In this document: positions 47,213 through 57,968 of the stretch, in pieces
How positions within the stretch are numbered: position 1 is the first letter of the stretch
Layout: each line of letters begins with the position of its first letter
DNA from: a virus
Direction: 5' to 3' (one strand)
Virus record (IMG/VR): IMGVR_UViG_3300028556_000001
Location: 1 to 64,000 of that record
DNA: 64,000 nucleotides
Program-made: the position numbers and the translations under genes
Notes under the pieces: generated by a model
What the model saw: only the letters and a program-made list of their open reading frames with translations
The model's database searches: none
Told to the model about the DNA's origin: nothing

Positions 47213-47578
47213 ATGTCCGCTACAAACCTTGGGAGCGGTCGCTGTCGGGGATTTGAATTTATGGACTGTTCCTCAAACAAAGTAAGGTATCCCAATCGTA
47301 AGGTGGCACGGAGCTTTGGGCGGAAATTAAGCGCAGCCTTCGGTAGTGAACAAACTCCTTATCACTGCCCGGAATGCGGGGAATGGCATCTCACGACGCT
47401 CAGATGGCGAAGAGAACAGGCAAAAAGAATGAGCAACGCTCGCCGCGATGAAACCCGCAGGAAGCAGTGTAAGAATTTAGCACCAGCCACCAAGACGATG
47501 CCTCTTTGGAGGGAACGTAAGCTACGGATAATGTTCGATGAGAATGGGAAGCCCGTGGAATTTCTCGACCGTATTTAA
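47213..47578 (+). CDS. hypothetical protein with zinc-binding motif
   Basis: C..KVRY...YHCPECGEWHLT. Confidence 0.55.
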   Translation: MSATNLGSGRCRGFEFMDCSSNKVRYPNRKVARSFGRKLSAAFGSEQTPYHCPECGEWHLTTLRWRREQAKRMSNARRDETRRKQCKNLAPATKTMPLWRERKLRIMFDENGKPVEFLDRI

Positions 47579-47579
47579 C

Positions 47580-47855
47580 ATGCACGCGGAACCCTACGAT
47601 AACATCACGCGCTGGATAGTCACGAGCGAGGATGACGAGACCTGTGTTTACCTTTGTGACCTAGCTGAAGGTGATGCTGGAACCTGCACTTGTCTGGACT
47701 TCACGTGCAAGATAAACCCAGAGAACAAGCTGAACGGCACGCGCCATCAGTGCAAGCATCTGAGGGCTGCCACCGATAAGGCCAGCCGCGCCCTCCTCCA
47801 AGCCGTAATCGAGCAGGCCAAGGCTACGGACGGCCCACTGGAGTCCCAGACGTAA
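47580..47855 (+). CDS. SWIM zinc-finger protein
   Basis: CTCLDF...CKHL. Confidence 0.68.
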   Translation: MHAEPYDNITRWIVTSEDDETCVYLCDLAEGDAGTCTCLDFTCKINPENKLNGTRHQCKHLRAATDKASRALLQAVIEQAKATDGPLESQT

Positions 47856-48159
47856 TGCCCCGACTCTGGCAATAGGCCCGGTTGAGCAAGTCCAAGCCTC
47901 TTTCCAAGTCGCGTCGGATGCGTGAGGAAGCCGCTTGGCAGGGCTGTGGCGAGGCGATGAAGGCTCTGGCTATGTCAGGGCTGCCCCAGAATAGTTCGTG
48001 GTCGGGAGTATCCCCGTAGTTGGGTTCGGTGGATGTGGTCATGGTTGGGTGGGTTTGGTGAAGAGGGAGATGCCCAGCCACAGGCACGTCACGCCAAAGA
48101 CGATGACGGGCAGCGCGAGCAGGGCGGAAGAGAGGCAGGAGATTAGGAGGGTCATGGGG

Positions 48160-51100
48160 TTAAAACCAAAGTGAATCGTAGAGTTGTTTGCGGTCAGCTT
48201 TCAAAGATTCCAGCGCATCCTCCCTTGTTGGGCCTTCGCCTGAGCACTCACCCTCGGCAGGTGAACCAAAGATATTGCCGATTGGACAGGTCGCCCGCCA
48301 GATACCGCTAGGGAGTTGAGAAACCGTGGTATCGCCCATCTGCATTCCTATTTCAGAGCAGACAAACGCTTGAATCGGCTGAGGATTATCTTCCTGCTTA
48401 CTCACGCGACCCCCGCTTTCATGCCGGAGGTTACGGGAACCAAGGGCCGGGACTCCAGCGCGTCCATCTCGGCGTCGGTGAGTTCCTTGGGCTGGGCGTG
48501 GTTGGCTTCTATCAGCGATGCCCAAGCGAGCATGTAGGAGATGACGTGGGCGGGGTTTGTGTAATTATATAACTTCACTTCCTTTAGGCCAATAATCTTC
48601 ATAATTACCGGGTCGGCCAAAGCCTCCAGATTAGGGAAGTCCAATCCAGTCATTCCGGCATCCAGTAACTTCCGCATGAGTTCACTTATCTTGACCCCTG
48701 TTTGGGCACAGTAGTAGCCGCGTCTAGCCCAAGGCCCATTTCGACCTTTCTCAACCTTCGCGGCCTCGTGAAGCATGTTACTTTTGGTTATTAAATTCCA
48801 GACGCCATTCCTGTCGCAATTATGGACATGCTGCGCGAGTATCCCGCAATTACAGGAGGCGGAACTGACCCATTTATAATCCCCCGGCCTGTCCTGAATA
48901 TGCTTGGCGGCGGCGCGGAGGTGAACGGCGAGAGACAGTGGCCTGTCGCCCGGATTGGCTGAGTAGTAGGAGGGTGGGTTCATGGTGTTTTAGTTAAAGA
49001 TTGTTTCTTCAGACGAAGCTTGTTGATTCTTTTTCGCAAAGCCTCTCGTCTGGCAATAAGTTTTGCATCTGGCCAAATTTCCAGCTTATATCGGTGGTAA
49101 TCCCCATCATTAGTTCCGGGTTTGCTTAGATGAACATGCAGGATTTGAGGGAACTTATTGCAATAGCCCCTTTGCCCAAAGTTAGCGACCAAAGCCGCTT
49201 GATTTTTATTTACCCAGACTTTCACAACACAACCTCCTCCAAAGCCTGCGCCAGCCGTTGCTCGTAATCCTGCTGGCACGCGGCTTGGGCTGATTTAAAA
49301 TCGCTGGCGCGGGTTTCTCCAGCCATCCCGTAAACAGTCCAAACCCAGCCATGGGGGGTTTTTAAAATCCAATACATGAAGCCGGTGTTAAATTCTCCAA
49401 GTTTGGGTTTAGACACGAAGAAAGAACCCGATTTCGAGCCTTCCCACACCAGCGGCTTAATCCTGTAGGTTTTTGGGTTCATGGCCGGTTCCTCCAGATG
49501 AAGAGAACTACCCACATAGCTGCCGCAAGCGTAATTATGGAGACGCTTAACGTAAATGCTGCCGGGAAAATTAAATCTCCGTGGTGTGCTAGGGCGCGTA
49601 ATAGGTTCATGGCTGTTCGCTTTCTGTGACGGTGACGAGGCCGGAGCGGAGGAGGATTGTAAGTAGTTCTTCTCTGTGTGCGTAAAGCTCCTGTGCAGTT
49701 ACGAGCGACCGCCCGAGTTTGTGCTCGTCTTTTCCTTGAGCTTCCCATGCCTTGGCGCGACTTAGGAGTGTTTGGCACTCTCCCCACAGCGCATCGTAAG
49801 CCTCCGGCAGTGATGCGATAGCGACGCAGATACATTCGCAATTTGTGAAGGCCACCGGGGGAGCATCTTTATCTGCGCACTCAACTCGCTGAACATCGTA
49901 TTTTCCGACCGTCCACGGCCCTTTCGGCAGCCGTTCCGGGTGATAGGTGTAGGTCTTGGTTTTCATGGCTTTGTGGGGTTGGAGAGGTGGCTGAAGATGA
50001 TGCTCCTGATTTCATTTGTGAAACCGTAAATGTCATGTTTAAGGAGGAAGATATCTAGCTCCCTCGCCGCACCCTCCGCCGCCTTCTCCAGCGATGCGGC
50101 GTGCTCTTTATCAGCGTCGGCCAATCCCTTCTTGTAGTAAGCCATCAACTCCTTCGCGTGGCCTGTAATTTCATCTTGCAACTGAATAGTGCGTTCTGAT
50201 TGCTGGTGAATAATTCCCTTGAGTCGCCCAATCTCCTCCTCGTGCTTCCGCTCCATGTGGGCGCGACAGGCGTCCCAGCCTTGCTTGGTGTAGATTGGCC
50301 TCATGCTTGAATCTGGCCCGAGGTGAAAGAACGCCTTCTCAAACGCCTCATCCTCGCTGGCCGGGGACGTGGGGGGTTGGGCCAAGTCAGGCTGCGTTAA
50401 GTCGGGTTGAGATAAATCAGGTTGAGTCAAATCGTCCGTCCCCGGCGCAGGGGGTTGGTTAAAGTAGTCCTTGTTCTTTGGGTCAGTTGCCTCAACCATC
50501 GAAGGGGACGCGGGGGGCGGCTTTCCCGCGAGCGCAACCTCAAGCTCTCGTGTATCTCTCGGCGGTAAGTCAGGAGGGAATCTTCCACTCAAAATAATGC
50601 GCTCCCGCGCAGGCTCGTCGTAGCGGGCGACCAGATTATGGGCGTCCTCAATTAGAGCTTTGCATGACCACTCTCCCGTTGACTGGATTACGTTTAGAAC
50701 CTGCACGCAGCGCAATAACATCGAGCACAACTTCCGCTCCCTCTCCGACAGCGGCTCCTTAGCGGGCGGCTGCTCGGCAAGTGTTAGGGCGGCAAAGATG
50801 GCCGCGTTCTTGTGTTCAGCTTCACTGGTTTCAAAGCTCTCCGCAAATGATGGCCATGGGTAAACAGATTGTAACGCCTCATACAGCGGCCTAAGTGCCG
50901 CCGGATTCAGCGCGGGCGGGGTGGGTAGTGTAGGTTGATTCATAGCGTTATCTCCTTAATCCGTTGCAGTTTAATCCGGTTGGTGGCCGCTTCAAGCATC
51001 AGTTGTTGCACGCGCTGGGGGAGCGAGCCTTTGCCGTAGTCGCCAAGTTCCAGCCTGAGGTCTTTGACTAGCTGGCGGTAGAGCTTCGCAAAGTGGCACT

Positions 51101-52153
51101 GGGACTCCCGCGCCTTGACGCAGGGGGGTTTGCGCCTGCTCTTGACTCCAGCGGGCCAGTCGGGGGATGGGGTGGTCATTTGCGGCTGCGTTTCTTGGGG
51201 ATGAGATTCAGCGATTCGAGCACGGCGCGGGACTTTGGCTTGTAACGCTCAAAATCACAAACGCCGTTGCCAACAAAATTCCATGCCTTATTTCTAGCGC
51301 GCCCCCAGTCGTCGTCGAACCAATACAGTGCGTTAGCCGTCATCTTGCGATACCAGACGCGCCAGAGGACTTGTCCCTTCACCGCGTATTCCGGGTTTAA
51401 AACTCGAATCCCGTCAATACGCACAGGCCGCAGGGCACGAATCGGTTTGGTCTTGGGTGTAGGCATCGGGTTAGGCGTTGTATGTTTTAGGGAACCAGAC
51501 CTTGAGCCACTTGCGCAGGTCGGAGGTGTTTTTAAAAGTCCCCGTGGCGACATCAACTTTATATTGGCAGAACGCAGCGCGAATGTCTCCAGCGTCGTCT
51601 CGCCAAACCGTTATGGCCCCGTTATCGTTGGCCCCGGAGACTGCGCGGGTTTTGCGTATCGCATTCAAAAAGGCCGTTACGCTATTGGCGCGTGCGGCCT
51701 TGACCATCGGGGCTTTTACGCCCGCTAGTCCCTTTAGTGTGTCAGGTGTTTTCATAGTGCAAATTCCTAGGCCAGAGGTTCGCGGGCGCGGGCGAGGAAT
51801 CTTTGAGCGTTGCTTAGGGCCGCATGATAGCGTCGGTTTTTTTTGCCCGGTAGAAAGTCCGTTGTTTTGTAGGAAGTATCCATAACAGCAACGGCTGATG
51901 TAAGTTCACCCAGCGCGGCCAAAAGCTCCTCCCGCTCGTTCACGCAGCGCAGGATGTGGGCTAGATTTCCTGCCCGTGTTTCATCGCCACAAACGGGGTC
52001 AACGCCATCGTTTAAGTCTAGGACTTTTGCTAAGTAGGCGGTGCCGCAAGACGTGAAGATATAGCCGCAGGTGCATGGGTCACTTGACCCTTTGCAATAC
52101 TTCCACGGCGTAGGCGAATGCCCCGCCGCGCTGGCTGGTGTGGTGGTTTTCAT
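48160..52153 (-). other. cluster of tightly packed small early/accessory phage genes (e.g. 48402-48983, 49607-49966, 49963-50943, 50940-51179, 51471-51755, 51767-52153)
   Basis: Same-strand ORFs with repeated ATGA overlaps downstream of the promoter at about 52203-52230; no functions recognised. Confidence 0.65.
50380..50436 (-). repeat. degenerate 15-bp tandem repeat encoding DL(T/S/A)QP x4
   Basis: DLTQP DLSQP DLTQP DLAQP within 49963-50943. Confidence 0.7.
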
Positions 52154-52202
52154 GGTGTCGGTGGGCTGGGTGTCTGCTGTGCTTGGTTTGTTTCATGCCC
52201 TC

Positions 52203-52230
52203 ACTCTACTCTCTTTGTGTTCACACGCAA
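52203..52230 (-). promoter_or_regulatory. early promoter with palindromic TGTGAACACA box
   Basis: Minus strand TTGCGT-N16-TAGAGT; box at 52216-52225. Confidence 0.55.
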
Positions 52231-52411
52231 GTCCCAACACGCAATTTTTTCACTTCACAGCCCAGCTAATGCCAAGACCACACAGGATAAGTTCCGCTAA
52301 TACCAAATTCAATCCCTGTCTCTGTGTTGACATCCCGGCTAGACCATGCTTTGTTACCTGCGTTCAACATGAACAACCGACCCGCCGGACTGCGGGAATG
52401 AAAGGCACAGG

Positions 52412-52747
52412 ATGAAAATACATCACACACCAGAGAGCGCATGTAAGGTCGTGCGCGTCATGTTCGCCGGGAAAATCGCCGCCACTTGGCCGGAGTATTT
52501 CCAGCAGCAACAGGAAACCTTCCGCCTTCCTCCCACCTCGCGGGCATTGTCCGGAACTTGGTTGAACAGTCTAAAGGCTTTGATTCTCGTCCGAGAACAA
52601 TGCAACGGGATTAAACGGGCCGGAGCCAAGCCGCGCAAAATTCAATACACTGACGAGGAAATTATGGCAGCAATCGGGAAAATCATTCCCGAGCTTTTCG
52701 CGGAGTATTGGGAGGCCATCAACACTAAGGAGTTTTCCAATGTCTAA
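52412..52747 (+). CDS. hypothetical protein
   Basis: 111-aa ORF starting the divergent unit; TTGACA at 52327. Confidence 0.5.
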   Translation: MKIHHTPESACKVVRVMFAGKIAATWPEYFQQQQETFRLPPTSRALSGTWLNSLKALILVREQCNGIKRAGAKPRKIQYTDEEIMAAIGKIIPELFAEYWEAINTKEFSNV

Positions 52748-52930
52748 CTCCCTGCCAACCCCACCCACCAGCACGCCCGCCAAGATAGCTACTAAATCCC
52801 GCATGGGGATGCTACCTAATGGCATTGTCCGGCAGCGGCTTTACTTCGCCTTCATTGATGGCGACCAAGCGAGCAATGCACACCCAACACGAGCCAAGGC
52901 AATAGCCGAAGCCCGCAAACGCTATAACGC

Positions 52931-53359
52931 ATGAGCACCCAAACCACCGCCAAGCCGTCTAGGATGCTCCCAAGTGTGCCGCAAGCATCCGACCCTATGG
53001 AGATTGTCAATAAGGCGGTAAACCGCGCACGGAGGCATCTAGCAAAGCCCCTGAAGCACTGGGAGGGGGTGACTAGCCTTCCCCTGCGTGACGCCTCCCA
53101 AGTCATTACGCCAGCCTCCTATAACCAATGCCTGCCAGAAGTGGAAAAGAAGTCCACCATCCACTTCACCGTCCCGCGCTCGACTAAGACGCGATGGGTG
53201 AAGGCGGCGAGGGGGAGACGGCTGGAGGATTGGATTGTGGACATCATCACCCATGCCGTTGACTGCACGGATGCGCTGAATGGGAATTTTAAAAAGGATG
53301 CCATCCGCTTCCCCAAGGAAATGAACTGGCCGCCACGGGTAACGAGGATAGACCCATGA
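52931..53359 (+). CDS. hypothetical protein with RHH-like region
   Basis: IHFTVPRSTKTRWVKAA...LEDWIV; ATGA coupling. Confidence 0.55.
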   Translation: MSTQTTAKPSRMLPSVPQASDPMEIVNKAVNRARRHLAKPLKHWEGVTSLPLRDASQVITPASYNQCLPEVEKKSTIHFTVPRSTKTRWVKAARGRRLEDWIVDIITHAVDCTDALNGNFKKDAIRFPKEMNWPPRVTRIDP

Positions 53360-53679
53360 CCCCCCAACTCCTCGACGCCGTGAGATGCCTGCACGGCCTG
53401 TGCCGCCAGCGTGATGGCACGATTACCGTCAGCCTCATGGACTGGCAGAGGCTACAACGCTGCCTGACTGCGCTGGATTCGCCCAAGGCACTCCCCGCCC
53501 TCACCGACAAGCAGTCACGAGTTGTTCACCTCATTTCCCAAAGCATGACGAGCAAGGCCATTGCGGGAATCTTGGGGGTCTCCATCAAGACGGTGGAGAA
53601 GCACCGGCAGGCGGCGATGGACAAGCTGGGAATCCATGACGTGGCGGGATTAACGCGGTGGGTGTTGACAAATCAGTGA
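53356..53679 (+). CDS. LuxR/GerE-type HTH regulator
   Basis: LTDKQSRVVHLI...TSKAIAGILGVSIKTVEKHRQAAMDKLGIH. Confidence 0.85.
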   Translation: MTPQLLDAVRCLHGLCRQRDGTITVSLMDWQRLQRCLTALDSPKALPALTDKQSRVVHLISQSMTSKAIAGILGVSIKTVEKHRQAAMDKLGIHDVAGLTRWVLTNQ

Positions 53680-53818
53680 AGCTGGGTGAGGTTAGGGAAT
53701 GAAATCGGCACTGCCTCACTTTGACCGCTGCCCCCTCTGGCACGATGCCAGACGGCTCCCGGTCGGGGAGCAAGGGGACGCTGGTTAAGATGATTGTCGC
53801 CTGAGCTTAGAGAGTGGG

Positions 53819-54346
53819 TTACTTGTCCTCCGGTTTGGATTGTTGCGTCGGGGGTGGTGGCGTGTCTATGGGCTTCCATTTCGAAAAAGCCAACCCCAGA
53901 AGTCGAACGGGACATAAACCGACGACTTTTAGCAGTGCTAGCATCGCCCTCGGTTCGGTATATGGAGGCATTAGGAATGCTAGACGCAAAAAAATTATCA
54001 TACCCGCGCTCGCAGAGATGCAAAATGCCACTCCTGTGGCGATGCCGAAGTGGAAGAATATACAAACGCAAGCGATTACGAAAACTAGCTGAAAGAAAAA
54101 GTAATCACATGCCCCCTCCCGTGAGTAATGCGGACGAAGCCCCAAGAGGATAAAAAACGGGATGCCAAACGCGAAAATAAAGAGGGCGACGGTAGGTGGA
54201 ATGTCCAGCTTTTCGAGTGGGAGCATTTGAACGACAACAACAATCGAAGTCCCGGCCATAATGCGGCTATTTTGAGACATTGCGCGGAGGGCATTTAGAG
54301 CCTTGAGGGCCTCAAGTGCTTCCGCCTTCTCCGCATCTTCCATCAC
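53819..54346 (-). CDS. multi-TM membrane cargo protein of element D
   Basis: Four to five hydrophobic helices; coupled to the transposase remnant stop. Confidence 0.6.
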   Translation of the reverse strand: MMEDAEKAEALEALKALNALRAMSQNSRIMAGTSIVVVVQMLPLEKLDIPPTVALFIFAFGIPFFILLGLRPHYSREGACDYFFFQLVFVIACVCIFFHFGIATGVAFCISASAGMIIFLRLAFLMPPYTEPRAMLALLKVVGLCPVRLLGLAFSKWKPIDTPPPPTQQSKPEDK

Positions 54347-54450
54347 GCCGCTTTAGCTGCGCCCTTGGCGTCTAGCAACCCGATAACGTCACTCAATTCC
54401 CAAACTGTCTTAGAGATTCCCGCAGCCATTGCCGGGGTGCAACGAAGGGA
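54343..54450 (-). pseudogene. IS1-family transposase C-terminal remnant
   Basis: SLRCTPAMAAGISKTVWELSDVIGLLDAKGAAKAA*. Confidence 0.78.
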
Positions 54451-54947
54451 GGCAGGAAAGGCGGGAAGGCTCGGGCGGCTGCGCTGACGCCGGAGAGACG
54501 CAGGGAGATAGCGAGGATGGGCGGGAAGGCTGGAGGGAGAGGGCGGAAGTGAAACCAGATTATCCGCAACCCGACTTTCGGGAAGACATCCGAGCTTGGT
54601 ATGCCGGGAGCAAGGGAGCGGATTTATCATCCGAAAAGCAGCGGACGGCGTTGCGGGTATTGCTGGCCGTTAAGTATCCTGACGAGGACACCACAAACCT
54701 ACGGGCTGATTGCATCCTGCACGTGCGGCAATACGTGCGGAGTCAGCCGCCCGTTGCGCCGCTCGGGCTTCTGCAAAAAGCAGACGGCCCATTGATTTTC
54801 CCCATGACCGAAAGTGTAGCGGTTGCATTGCATGACCTCGTTGAAAGAGGCATGTCTGTGCCCACTTTGCTAGGGATGGTGAAATTCGTGGCAGAAATCG
54901 AAGGGCGAACAGGCAGGAATCCCGCACCAGAACATCCCCAAGGGTAA
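54429..54947 (+). CDS. hypothetical or truncated cargo ORF in element D
   Basis: Open frame with uncertain start. Confidence 0.35.
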   Translation: MPGCNEGRQERREGSGGCADAGETQGDSEDGREGWRERAEVKPDYPQPDFREDIRAWYAGSKGADLSSEKQRTALRVLLAVKYPDEDTTNLRADCILHVRQYVRSQPPVAPLGLLQKADGPLIFPMTESVAVALHDLVERGMSVPTLLGMVKFVAEIEGRTGRNPAPEHPQG

Positions 54948-55182
54948 TCGGCTTATCGTCTTCGTCCGCCATCCCCACACCTTAAACTGAGGCAGTGCCG
55001 AATGTCAACCCTCAGACGATGTTTCCAGCATGAGCGACCGTAATACTCCGCATAAGTCAGGCTAATAGGATGGAAGGGGATGAAGATGGGGCTTGCGGTT
55101 GTGTTCACAATGGAGGATTGTGCGGGCATCCGAAACGGATGACCGACCCGGCGGAACCGGGAATGCAAGGAGAGAAAAGACC

Positions 55183-55677
55183 ATGAACACACAGACACAA
55201 AGCAAATTGCCGACTTCGATTCTGACGAAGAACCAAGTTAAGACCTTTGGCCCTAAATTCTACCGCGAAGGCGGGTGCGACTACCGAATCACCGCGAAGG
55301 TCCGTTATGACGACCAGTGCGGGAACGGTCATAATTCCTTCGGCATTACTGCGGAGATTGACCGCAAGGAGCGCGGTAGCTGGCGCGACGATAGCTGTGG
55401 ATGCTGTCACGATGAAGTTGCCAAGCACTTCCCCGAGCTCGCGCCCTTCCTTAAATGGCACCTGACTTCTTCCGATGGTCCCATGCACTACGTCGCAAAT
55501 ACGGAACACTGGGTGAGCGAGCGCAACATGAAGCACGCTCGTTCGACTGCCGTCTGGCCGGAAGCTACCGATGAGGAGCTTTGCACATTGGATTTAAGGG
55601 AGGTCTTACTAGCTCGCCTTCCCGCTCTCATGGCGGAATTTAAGACGGCCATGGAATCGCTGGGATTCACCTACTAA
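55183..55677 (+). CDS. phage hypothetical protein
   Basis: AAGGAG upstream; YDDQCGNGHNSFGIT...GCCHDEV...FPELA..LKWHL...GPMHYVAN. Confidence 0.7.
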   Translation: MNTQTQSKLPTSILTKNQVKTFGPKFYREGGCDYRITAKVRYDDQCGNGHNSFGITAEIDRKERGSWRDDSCGCCHDEVAKHFPELAPFLKWHLTSSDGPMHYVANTEHWVSERNMKHARSTAVWPEATDEELCTLDLREVLLARLPALMAEFKTAMESLGFTY

Positions 55678-55702
55678 CCCAGCCAATCCGCCCGCAGGTT
55701 CT

Positions 55703-55740
55703 ACCCGCTCAGGCTTCACGGTCTGGCGGGTTTTTCTTTT
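55703..55740 (+). terminator. intrinsic terminator
   Basis: ACCCGC...GCGGGT hairpin followed by TTTTCTTTT. Confidence 0.7.
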
Positions 55741-55759
55741 GGGCGGATTCTAGGGGCTG

Positions 55760-55816
55760 AAAATAAATGCAAATAGTGTGTTGACAAGCGGAGGGAGATA
55801 GGCTTTTGTGAACACA
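55760..55816 (+). promoter_or_regulatory. early promoter with A-rich UP-like element and TGTGAACACA box
   Basis: AAAATAAATGCA, TTGACA 55781-55786, box at 55807-55816. Confidence 0.6.
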
Positions 55817-55870
55817 CTCAAAACGAGTAACCGGCTGGGGTTATCCAGCAAAGAAAGGACGAGATAGAAC

Positions 55871-56317
55871 ATGAATAAGCAAACCTCGAAAGTGTATCAA
55901 CAATTCCGCTCTGCGGGATTTACCGCCAAGGATTCACTGTCCAACGCCAAAACCCTGATTGACTTCCAGCAAGCGGAGTCGGCGGGATTGGTTCGCATCA
56001 TTGCGGAGCCGGAGCAGGAAAGTTATTTTGCTGTGTTTGGCGAACCAGAAGGCTACGAAGGCCGAAACGGAAAGCGGGTGAGTGCAGAGCAGGAACGCAA
56101 GGAACTAGAGGCGCAACTGGATGACCTCGGTTGCTGGTGCGTGCAGGCCGAGGTCAAGGATGCACAAGGCGAATGGCAGCAAGTGGAATCGGTGGGAATG
56201 TGCTCGGGATACCAAGACCCATGCTCACCCTTTGAAAACTGCTACGCCATTGGCTTCATGCGCGTGGCCCTTAATCATATTCCCCAAGACGGCCAACATG
56301 ATGATGTTGCCGCGTAA
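55871..56317 (+). CDS. phage hypothetical protein
   Basis: AAGGA upstream; own promoter and terminator. Confidence 0.7.
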   Translation: MNKQTSKVYQQFRSAGFTAKDSLSNAKTLIDFQQAESAGLVRIIAEPEQESYFAVFGEPEGYEGRNGKRVSAEQERKELEAQLDDLGCWCVQAEVKDAQGEWQQVESVGMCSGYQDPCSPFENCYAIGFMRVALNHIPQDGQHDDVAA

Positions 56318-56342
56318 CCCACCGCCCAATCCCAACACCTTC

Positions 56343-56380
56343 AACCCTCCCTCCTTAACAGGTCGGAGGGTTTGCTGTTT
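56343..56380 (+). terminator. probable intrinsic terminator
   Basis: AACCCTCC...GGAGGGTT followed by a T-rich tail. Confidence 0.55.
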
Positions 56381-57494
56381 CTGGAGGCTGGGGGTTCAGG
56401 ATGAACGCCAGCACGCCCTAGAGCCTGCCGAGAACGGGCGCAGAGAGGCCGGGGCAAGCCGAGGGCATGGAGCGTAACAGGCAGGCCGGGAAGAGCCCGA
56501 GAAGCCGACAAAGAATGCGTGAGACCCACAAGCAATAGAAAGGAGAGAACCAAGGGACAGGCCAGAGAGCCAACGGCGTCTGTGCCTGTGGGGCTGGAAC
56601 ATGGGCTTGGGGCTGGGAGGGTTTGGAGGCTCAGGCCCAGAGGACACACAGAGGGAGGCTGGGGGCAGGCCGGGTGGGGATTGTTAGCTAGTTGTTAGGA
56701 TGTTGTTAGGATGCTAACATCTTTTGGTGGGCTGGAAACCAGACTGCAAAGCAGACGAGTTGCACTTACATTGCATTTGCATTGCAGTTTGTGGCAGGCG
56801 GGATTTGGGCTGGGCTGGAAAATTGTTGACTCTAACGTTAAAACGTTTAAACCATCAAAAATGGCCTTTCGTCGGTCAACGGTCGCCCAAATCCCTCGCA
56901 TGAAGCTTGCAGTTGACCTGCCTGCTCCAGTGTTTGAGGCTCTGCGTAGCTGGTGCGCCTCGCAAGACAGGCCGTTGAGCATGAGGGAGGGCATCTGCGT
57001 GTGCATTGAAGGACTTGTCGGCAAGGTCAAGCTTGTAGAGCCTGAAATTAAGTTCAAACCTGTGGTGGTCAGCAACTTAGTGGCTGCATCAACGCAAGCC
57101 GTAAAACCCCAAACCGACGAGTTTGACCAGAGAACGATTGTGCCAGACGCGCAATAATGGCCCTAGGAGCCATCCTGATTGTGGGGTCTGATAGAGGAGA
57201 TAGGCTGAATCGCTGACGCTGCACAGAGGCAAAGGGAATGAGGTTGGCGTGGATTTAGGACGGTCGGGAGAACCCGGTTTGCCCATCCTTTCCTGCCCAT
57301 CCCTGAAAGACTAGACATAATAATTACTGTGCGTGCATGTTGAACGTGGCTTAATACCGTTAGGCTCTCCCTGTGAACAACCTGTCAGCAACCCGAACAA
57401 CCCCGCCCCCAGCCCAGCACCTCCAGACCCCACCACCCCACCCCCACCACCACCCCGGTCTGACCCCTCCCGGTCAAAGGAATGCACCCCATCT

Positions 57495-57693
57495 TTCTTA
57501 CGCACCCCCGATACTAAAAATTCAGGAACACTGCTCGGAGCACCACCACCGGGGTAGGGGGATTCTTACCTTACCCTATCTGGGTCTTTCTTACGCACAG
57601 CCACCACTAATTTTTCCACCACTGCCTCCCTCTCGCCCCACTACCCAGTATGGCACCTTTCCATCTCCACCCACGCTGTTCATTCTTACGCAC
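57495..57693. repeat. three spaced copies of TTCTTACGCAC
   Basis: At 57495, 57588 and 57683 (spacing 93 and 95 bp) in a C-rich region without credible ORFs. Confidence 0.7.
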
Positions 57694-57968
57694 ACCCGGC
57701 ATTGATTTTTGTGATTTTCCTCAACGGTAGTCGCCCCCCAGCCCAGTTCGGCTTGGCCCACTTCCCCCGCTTCAAGTCGCCCTACCCCCTTGGCCTGCTT
57801 AAACCAGTCCATGCGGTTCAGTCCGCCCTACCACCCCCCTTACCCATTTTGTTCTCCACCCCCCACTCCGGTCTTTATTGGGCCACCCGCCTTTTATTTT
57901 TCGGCCCCTCAGTCACTCTCTTGCCCCTGCTTTACATCAGAGGATTACGGGCGGTCGGGGGCGGTCGG

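Larger units (their letters stand above)
53707..54999 (-). mobile_element. element D: non-autonomous IS1-like element (1293 bp)
   Basis: TIR GGCACTGCCTCA(C/G)TTT (15/16); transposase C-terminal remnant; no TSD. Confidence 0.7.
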
